NCBI GenBank assembly: GCA_029717555.1
Contig: JAMDHS010000103.1
Span: 49,098-69,097 of the forward strand
Direction: 5' to 3'
DNA from: Peribolospora baueri
Taxonomy: Eukaryota
Length of the DNA: 20,000 bases
The notes under the pieces are model-generated. The model worked only from the letters and a program-made list of their open reading frames with translations. It searched no databases and had not been told where the DNA came from. The number at the start of each line of letters is the position of its first letter. The stretch's first letter is position 1. Shown in pieces: positions 1 through 7,426 of this stretch. A program made the translations under genes and the position numbers.

Positions 1-960
1 GGGTATGGGATAAGATCGGTGAGTTTGTTCAGTCCGCGTAGGTCGACAACAAAGTTCCCGAGACCAAGGCGGAAAATGTCTCGGAACTCAGCAATTTAGC
101 GTCTCAAGCTTGCGGATCTCCTCCGAGAGATGTCATCGGTGCGGTCGATGTCAACGGCACGATAACGCACCTCCGTCGGTATCAACGAGATTGGAAGCAG
201 CGTTTGCACGTCCCGAGGGGGAACGTTTAGGGCAGAGGAAGTTCCAGTGGTCACCTCCGCAGAAGCGGCATTTGCTAGGAGGCTTCCGACCCATGGAAGA
301 GGGACCGCTGTTGCTCTGGGGGTTGGGTGGTGCCGAGACCACGGGTTGGAGATTCGTCCGCCGCATCCCACTTGCTACCGGCTGATTGGCTCGTCGGTAA
401 CGAGCCCATAGCTGGCGTGCCACCGGTTCCTGTGATTTGGCGATGAGGCGAAATTCCTCAGGATCACCGCGAACCAGATGGCGGTGAACCATGCCCTGGA
501 GTTCCAGGGGGAATACCTTCCCACAGGTTCTCGACGATCACGGCGTTGTCGTGGATGCCGGCGTCGTGGAGGAGACGGACCTTAGTCTCGTGGAACTGAT
601 CGTAAGAACGACCGTCCTCAAAGCGAAAGCGCTGATTTTACTTCGGCAACTGGCATTGTGAAGCGCTGCCGAAGAGCAGTCCTCCAGAGCTCGGTAGAGG
701 TGTGCATCCGCTGCCTCTCCGCTAGGGGAATGTTAGCATACCAGTTGACATCTGTATTCCCCTAAAGGCGAGGTGTATGTCACTCCTCGCCATATGCCAC
801 CGTAGCTCCGCCGTGGAGATTCGCAAGCTCGATGATCCGGTCTATGAATACAGTCACGGACGGGGAGCTTGCATGTCGGGCTTGAAGCCAAGTTGCGAGC
901 CGAGCGGACGGACATCAGCCGTGGGGGCTGGCGCCGCATGTGGAAGACGCTTGCGTTCGA
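1..960 (-). mobile_element. Degenerate Ty3/gypsy LTR-retrotransposon remnant (gag, CCHC zinc knuckle, N-terminal RT), continuing past the left edge
   Basis: Minus-strand translation across several frameshifts and stops gives gag-like pieces: LGFKPD, SVTVFIDRIIELANLHG, NWYANIPL, STELWRTALRQRF and RFRFEDGRSYDQFHETKVRLLHDAGIHDNAVIVENLWEGIP. A zinc knuckle CRFCGGDHWNFLC lies at 232-270. It is followed by pre-RT VDIDRTDDIS/EEIRKLETL/IAEFRDIFRLGLG and the gypsy RT motif FVVDLRGLNKLTDLIPYP (95..1). The right boundary is approximate. Confidence 0.85.
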
Positions 961-1064
961 CGGTATATCGCATCGTGCTGCGCTGTGCTTGGCTCTGAGG
1001 GTCGGCCGTGTGTTTGTTGGTCCGAGAGGAATCAGAAGGCGTTGCAGGAAAACCATTCGGACGG

Positions 1065-1202
1065 GCAAGATGAATATTCGACAACTCAAGATTACTGTTT
1101 GGGTAAGCAAGATAAATATTCGACAACACTCAAGATTAATGTTTGAGTAAGCAAGATAAGATGAATGTTCGACAACTCAAGATTAATGTTCGGGTAAGCA
1201 AG
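1065..1202. repeat. AT-rich minisatellite, 3 tandem copies of about 42 bp (GCAAGATRAATRTTCGACAACTCAAGATTAMTGTTYGRGTAA)
   Basis: Units lie at 1065-1106 (42 bp), 1107-1150 (44 bp) and 1151-1197 (47 bp), followed by a partial GCAAG. They are head-to-tail with no spacers. Confidence 0.95.
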
Positions 1203-1224
1203 TTCTGCAGACGTCGTTATGTTA

Positions 1225-1346
1225 GTATGGGACGAGTGGGACAAGAAATAACTGAACCCGTGCTCACCTTGGCATACTAGGGAAATAACGGCGGAACAGT
1301 AGGGATGAAAAGGAGTGAAACGGTCGCACCTGTGGGTGTCCCATTG
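1225..1346 (-). pseudogene. 122-bp duplicated fragment (3' part of exon 3 plus start of intron 3) of the 7TM gene; direct repeat of 5127-5248
   Basis: It aligns without gaps to 5127-5248 with 8 mismatches in 122 nt by manual count. It encodes QWDTHRCDRFTPFHPYCSAVISLVCQ versus QWDTRRCDRFTPFQPYLAAIISLVCQ in the intact gene, and keeps the GTGAGC donor. Confidence 0.9.
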
Positions 1347-1538
1347 CTGGGGACGTTTTGAGAACAAGTTGAGCGGCTACGACGCCGTGACACGGGGCGT
1401 GACCCGATTCGCCTCAGTATCCTTCTTGCGTCCTTCCTCCCACCAAATCGTTCTTGCCTTCGCCGCGTTTATTTTCTGTCTCACTTTCCGGTAGGGGCGT
1501 CCAAAGGTATCTGAGGCAGACATGACAAATCGGGAGCC

Positions 1539-1547
1539 TATAAATAA
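1539..1547 (+). promoter_or_regulatory. Candidate TATA box (TATAAATAA) for the nuclease-like gene
   Basis: TATAAATAA lies about 70 nt upstream of ATG 1611 and is followed by a CT-rich tract, a typical fungal core-promoter layout. Confidence 0.55.
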
Positions 1548-1610
1548 GGGGCTCTGACGCCTCCCCGTTCGAATTCCGACAGCACCTTGTCCCTTTCCCC
1601 TCCCCATTCG

Positions 1611-3036
1611 ATGCCGTCTTCTCGTTCCCAGAGGCGCCCAGCCCTCCTTCATGGCGACAAGCTCGATCAGCTCATGGAGGGGTACAAGCGAGCTACTCGG
1701 GCCCACCGAACGGACGTGCACGATGGAGAGACCGGAGGTCCCTACTTCGTTGGACCGGCGACGACGGACGAACTCGAAGAGTTTGCCTCATCGCACTGAG
1801 GGAAAGTGTTGGGCCCTCGGGTACGAAGATGGCAACATCTACGTCTTCGGCGACCCATCCGGTCCACACGCCCGTGTCGTTGCGGTCATCAACGACCTCG
1901 TTGAAAGGCACATTCTCCGGATGGCCAAGGATAGGACCGGATTGGACCATCTCCCCGAAGAATTCGTCGTCTACACACTGACGCGATGGTGAGGGGCTAT
2001 AATGGCATCCCTTCAGCTCGGAAGGAGCCAGATGGTGCTTGGTCGCCTGCCTACGCCAACCACGACGAGGTGAGGGTGATGCATATGTCCTCTCTGACGT
2101 CGAGCAACGCTGCTGGCGAGTTATTCGAAGGCGGAGCACTGATCGACTGGCGTTTTCGGCACTGGCTCGATGGTAGAGCCCTCATGTCGTGTTGGAAGTC
2201 GCCTACAACAACGAGTCTACCCAGGTCCTTCTCGAGGAGACGGTGAAGTGGGTGGCTGTCCCGTCCGTTCGCTTCGCCATCGGCGTGAGAATTAAATGGG
2301 TGAGTTGAACAGAGAAGCCCTGGCAACCGTCATCCTCATCATCACCATCACCGATTCCGGCTCCGTGCCACCTGTATGGCGTTTCATCTCTGTTTCTCTC
2401 ACACTCACATTCCATTCCATTTCCACTTGTTTCCAACCGTTTGCCTTCTTTCCCAAATAGCGCCGAGACGCTCCGCTGGACCCCGACCTGTACTTGTTCC
2501 TCCTGGCCTCCCGCTCGGCCCAGATCCTCGGGATCAGCTTTGGACGAGGGACGGGAATTAAGATTCCCCACAGCTGCAGCGCCTTGTCCCATCCGCGGCA
2601 TCGGATCAGATGAGTGATGGAGACGGCGGACAGCGGTGCGCTTCGGCCATGGCCATATTCAGCAGGGTTCAGGCGCCTTTGGTAAATCAGCCCGGCATCA
2701 CGACACGCGTTGAATCTGACGCTTTGTTTCTTGCTGGGCTCTTGTCAGGGCTATCAAGTCGTGCAAGCTGATCCGAGTCAAGCACAACTGCCACGGTCCG
2801 CCATCTTCCCCTCGCCCGACCTTGCGCCAGAGTGGTTGACACCGGGTGACCTTGACGGGATGATCGACCTTGACCTTGGGCGCCTTCGCTATGCTGTCGT
2901 ACGCGCAATCTGCGACGAGCGTGTCCTCCTCCCGCCCTCACCTGCTTCCCTTCCGCCGATTCGTTCCCCGTCTGGCTCTGGTCGACAACTGGCGCTCCGT
3001 AGTCGCATTCTTGCTCTTCTCCGTCGCATCGGCTAA
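1611..3036 (+). pseudogene. Uma2-like / PD-(D/E)XK restriction-endonuclease-fold gene, frameshifted
   Basis: The start is ATG 1611, with frameshifts near 1795 (TGA 1797-1799) and near 1977. Motifs in order: LGYEDGNIYVFGDPSGPHARVV; RKEPDGAW (2022-2042); intron 2070-2176; SPHVVLEVAYNNESTQVLLEETVKWVAVPSVRFAIGVRIKW; intron 2300-2460; an exon reaching TGA near 2611; and a last exon from 2749 (GYQVV...LPRSAIFP...IDLDLGRLRYAVVRA) to TAA 3036. The splice between about 2610 and 2748 is unresolved. Confidence 0.72.
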
Positions 3037-3602
3037 ACGTGTGCCTCCTGAGGACCTCGCCTTCTCCTTATGCTCTCCTTTTTTCTACTATCTCCCTTCA
3101 TCCCCTTTCTTATTGTAGGTCGATAAGAATATGTGGACATTGACACGTTCCCTAATGTACTGTACTTCCCGACCCTCCTGTCTAATAGCGGTTTCTCTCC
3201 TTCCTTCCGTCCTCCACCGCCTTTCGTCGCTTTTGTAGCCGCACTCCCAATGTATCCACATACAGTACCTTCCGGACCCTACCGCGTCCACCTTCCCCTC
3301 CTCCCCGTGATCCTAGCTTCTTACACCCTGACATTTTGCTCGCGACGTGATTATTAACTCATTCTCTAGCCTTGGCTTCTGAAAGGCCTTCAACCACTCA
3401 AGAAACTGTACCATCCGCCTTCCTCTTCCAAAACTCCGGAGCTCTCCTCTTTGGACGAGGGGGGGAGATGGACTTCAACGTTACAGTCCGCAATGATACA
3501 ATAAACAAAAAGAAGCCAGTGTCGATTTATAAGAGACAAAGAGAAGGGTATCGAGTCGCGAAAGGGCAGGCGGGACAAGGAGTGGGCTCGCCTCCAGGGC
3601 CT

Positions 3603-5720
3603 TCAAGCAAAGCTCGCGTCGCGGCTGCCCTCGCGCGTAGCTTCGTGATCCATGCTCATCTTGTCGACCCCGCTATGTTCCATTTCGTGCGTGGAGAACA
3701 TGTGGTTCGACCTGTGCCGGGCTACACGGTCGTCCAGCGGCAAGCTCGCCTCTGAGGGAAGCCGAATCGTCCCGGCGCCAGAGCCAGAAAAGCCATAATC
3801 GCCCTGGTGTGATGCTTGTCTTGGCCCCGAAGAAGCCATCACGTCCCGGCTGCCGAAAAACCGAAAGCTTTTCTTTCCGCTCGCCGACAATCCTTCCGCC
3901 GACGATTTCGGGCCGTGGCCGACAACCTGGACACGGCCGCGCGAAGAGCCGTAGCCGCGGCCATGGTCAAAGCTGTGAGCGTCTGTCTCGATCCCATAGA
4001 CGCTGAGAGCTTTAGGTTCTGCGGCCTCTTCGCAAAGGTTCAGCACCAGGCGGCAAGTCTGGAAGAGTACAAGACGGATGGCGACGGGAAGAAGAAGCCG
4101 AGTCGGGTCAACTACGCAGCACCTATACGTCGAAGGCGAATCAGCAGCTTACCAAGAGGGAAGTCATGACAGCTGGAGAGTGGCATTAGAGAGGGTAGAT
4201 CGGGTTCGAGTCAGAGGCCAGCGGGAGCCTATTTCTGTTCAAACTCACTGGGAAGAGTTGCGTTGATGGATTGGATATCCTTTTGCGGTTGTAGGAAAAA
4301 CACCACGTTGATGAGGTTGCTGTACGAGCATCGATCCACGTCTGTCAGCTACGGCCGGCCTCCGTCTTCTTTTGACTGCCTTTACTATAGATAGTCTCGG
4401 CTCACCAAACAGTAATGACGAAAAAATAGAGAACCTGGTCGCGAAGGATGACCGAAAGCAGGGTCGTCCGTCCTACGGTTTGGAAGAAGACAGCGACGTT
4501 TCGCACGACCAGACCGAGCAGGACGAAGTCCACAGCCATCGGCGCAATCCAACTGTCGAAACATTCGAGCGAGGGGGGAGGGGGGGGGAGGGGCAGCAGG
4601 CGTCAGCACATCACAGGGCACGACAAGGACCTAGCGGATGTCGAAAGTCGACTCACAGGCCAAGACCAAATGACCTAGGTGATTTGAGGCCAGCATAGCA
4701 GCCAGGTAGACCCTCAGGCGAGACGCCTATGCTCGTAGCAGGCCATATGTGCGAAGAAACCAAGGAACAACAAGGCAAGGAACAAATTCCAGAATAGGAT
4801 GAGCGTCTCTTATGGTGAAGTCAGACCATTCTAGGGGAAACAAGAAAAGACGTACGAATGAAGGTGGATGAGGCGCCGAGGATGATGCCCGCATTGGCGA
4901 CCATCGCGACGACGAGGAACGCGCCCAGCGTGCGATCGCGGTGGTACAGAGCTGTCGGTAGAGAGGCGAGGTCAGTCCAATCTGACGCGACGGCTCCTCT
5001 CCCGACTTTAACTGCTACCAAGACGGCCCAGTGAACTCTCCCAGGTAGCTCACCATGTACGCGAAGACTTAGTATGGCTACAAAAAGAAGAAATAGACGT
5101 AGACAAATGTCTGAGAGGCGTGTTCGGTATGGGACGAGTGAGACAAGAAATAACTGAACCCGTGCTCACCTTGACATACTAGGGAAATAATGGCGGCCAA
5201 GTAGGGCTGAAAAGGAGTGAAACGGTCGCACCTGCGGGTGTCCCATTGGAGGAAAAAAGCCGCGATGTCGACGATCTGTGCGGCTATGGTAAGATATCTG
5301 GCGTCGACGCGGCATCGCGAACGGTGGAGCAGAAGGCAAAGGAAGGGGAGTGTCAGTACTTAAAAAGCTGGTGTACGAGGACATGACCATGCTCACCTCG
5401 CGAGGAAGAAGAGGACAACTCCCGGAGAAAAGCGACTTAGTCGCCAGAAACGGTACTCTTTAGGAAGGAGGATAATCCAATCCCAGAAAAGGACCGAGTT
5501 GAGTGCGACTGCAGGAAAGAATAAGAAGCGTGAAAGGCAGGAAATGGCATAGGAGAGGAAGCAATGCGAGGGAAAAGACGAAGACGTTGCAACCGCTGTT
5601 CAGCTCCTGCGCACGAGCCTCTCTACACGCGGGAACCAAAGGTGACCGCGCTCACGCTCGCTCACCCAGGTAAAACTTGGTAGCGAGCAGGCTCTCGGGT
5701 TCTGGAGGAGCAGTGGCCAT
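3603..5720 (-). CDS. DUF6533-type seven-transmembrane, GPCR-like fungal membrane protein; 10 exons, about 392 aa
   Basis: Exons are 5720-5666, 5508-5397, 5297-5170, 5077-5054, 4951-4856, 4726-4657, 4552-4406, 4319-4249, 4172-4153 and 4058-3603. All introns are GT-AG and phase-consistent, giving 1179 nt with no internal stop. Family motifs: FYLVALNSVLFWDWIILLPKEYRFW, VLFFLARY, ILSLRVHALYHR, LPGC, VILRDQVLYF and SLLTCRLVLNL. Seven hydrophobic segments are followed by a polar C-terminal tail. Confidence 0.9.
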
Positions 5721-7426
5721 GATTGCTGCGCGACCGGAAAAGCGAAGCAGCGAGCCGTGAGGCCAGGTAGGCCGTGGTCCTGAGAGCAGTCGCGAGCCTT
5801 TATGTGCTGTCAAAGAGTTGCCACCTAGCATCCGGGGACGCTCTGGAACACAGCACACTTGAGGGACTGTCTCTCATCGGTGCAGAGAGGCGGCAGAGCC
5901 AGCCAGCCAGCCCAGCCATCCTTCCCCCATCCGGAGCAGATTTCGGTAAGCAACGGCGCCATTCCCTCGTCCACAGTAAGGTCTCATAGCTTGACTTGTT
6001 CTGAGCTGTTAAGCACGACAGCCAGCGCCCCGCCGGCTCTAATCCAGGGTAACGGAGATTCCGAGACTAACGTTGCTGACCGGCGGCTCGATTGCTTTGC
6101 TCCCGTCCGCGTATGCAAGAACGAGCGACATTCGAGTGGGTGTTCGGCCTCGGCGAGGATCTTGTCGTCACGAGAGACACGCTCTGCCCGCCATTTCGAC
6201 ACATCCGTCCATGTCGCCTGCTAGCAAGATCGCATGGATGCGCAGAGGGAAGACATTTACGCTCGCATCAACGTCCCCACGAAATAGACAACGGGGCTCA
6301 ATACAAGCGATGTGCTGAAGGGACGAAGGATGTCGACTCTCCGCCATGCTATGGAGACGAACAGAGCCTCACACGCCGTCCGCTGAAGCTAACAGTCCCA
6401 TCGCTATCTGCTGGCACTCGCCACTTGTTCTTTGTACATCAGGCCTTGTGGACTTAACAGTATGAGCAAGCCATTGCGTAGGATGCTTCCGCCTAAACCG
6501 CTGCGGTGGGGATTGGTGTCACCAAGGTCCGGGCGGCGAGGACTGGCCTAACGTTAGCCTCTAAAATGCCCGCACTTGTTGTCTTGGCCCCGCGCCTTCT
6601 TTTGCCCGCACACTGTAACTACGTGTAGCATATTCATGCGCTCCAGTTGACCGACCAGCAGACCTTTTACTCAGAGCGTCGCACAGCCGGTCCGACACCT
6701 TGGCGTATTTTGCGGCCGCCGGTTTCCGGACAACCGGTGCAACCGGAGATGGAGAGACAAGTGAGCCGCTTTCCAAGAAGCAAGCAGACGTCGACGCTAC
6801 GGGGATGTAGAACGATCAGACCCCCCCGGCCTGGCTGCGACGGGCGGATGAATCATTCAGATACAAAAACCTCCGACCACGACGTTTGGACAAGACGAGG
6901 ACGAAGAGACGACAGCCAGAAAGAGCGGACGGCGCAGGTTGTTGGGGTTGGCGCAAGCGAGGCGAGATCACCATCAGTCACGTGCAGCTTTACGTGACGT
7001 CGATCCCGTCACCGGACGGATGTGTGGCCCCCTCGCAAGAATGCTAACGCCGGCTACAATACGCCGTCGAACATCCTTGCCAAGGCCGAACGGTCGCTGA
7101 TGTTTATACAGTGATTACTGTGCACCGTTCATGATAACTGCTCGCAACGGCTGTGCGAGAAAGAGCACGTTTCCAGCCAGCGCCGGCAACGGCCCCGACC
7201 GGGCGAGCGGCAGGTCCAGAGGCGGGCTCCGATCTCTGGACGTCGTACAGATGACATACTGATCCTTACATGTTGGACGTACAGAATTACTATTTCTTGG
7301 CCACCACCCTCTCGTCAGGACGAACAAAGCCCGAGCGCCGCTCTGCTCTGCTCCACTACTCTCTCTCGCTGACGGCGAACCATACCCTTACTAGTCTCGT
7401 TCGACCCGTGTTACACCTAGCTCACC

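Noticed and set aside
165..195. LVDTDGG as the retroelement aspartic protease active site
   Set aside because: It does not match D[TS]G, and there is no room for a protease domain before the pre-RT segment.
1065..1202. CRISPR-like array
   Set aside because: The units are contiguous with no unique spacers, the context is eukaryotic, and there are no cas genes.
1225..1346. RIP-like mutation signature between the duplicated copies
   Set aside because: There are only 8 differences, half of them transversions, and the transitions are not unidirectional.
4573..4593. G-run as a functional G-quadruplex
   Set aside because: It is the complement of the C-rich polypyrimidine tract of intron 6 of the 7TM gene, which explains it sufficiently.
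1225..5248. The two 122-bp direct repeats as LTRs of a 4-kb element carrying the nuclease
   Set aside because: The right copy is an integral exon and intron of an intact host gene that extends on both sides of it, so it is the donor sequence and not an element end.
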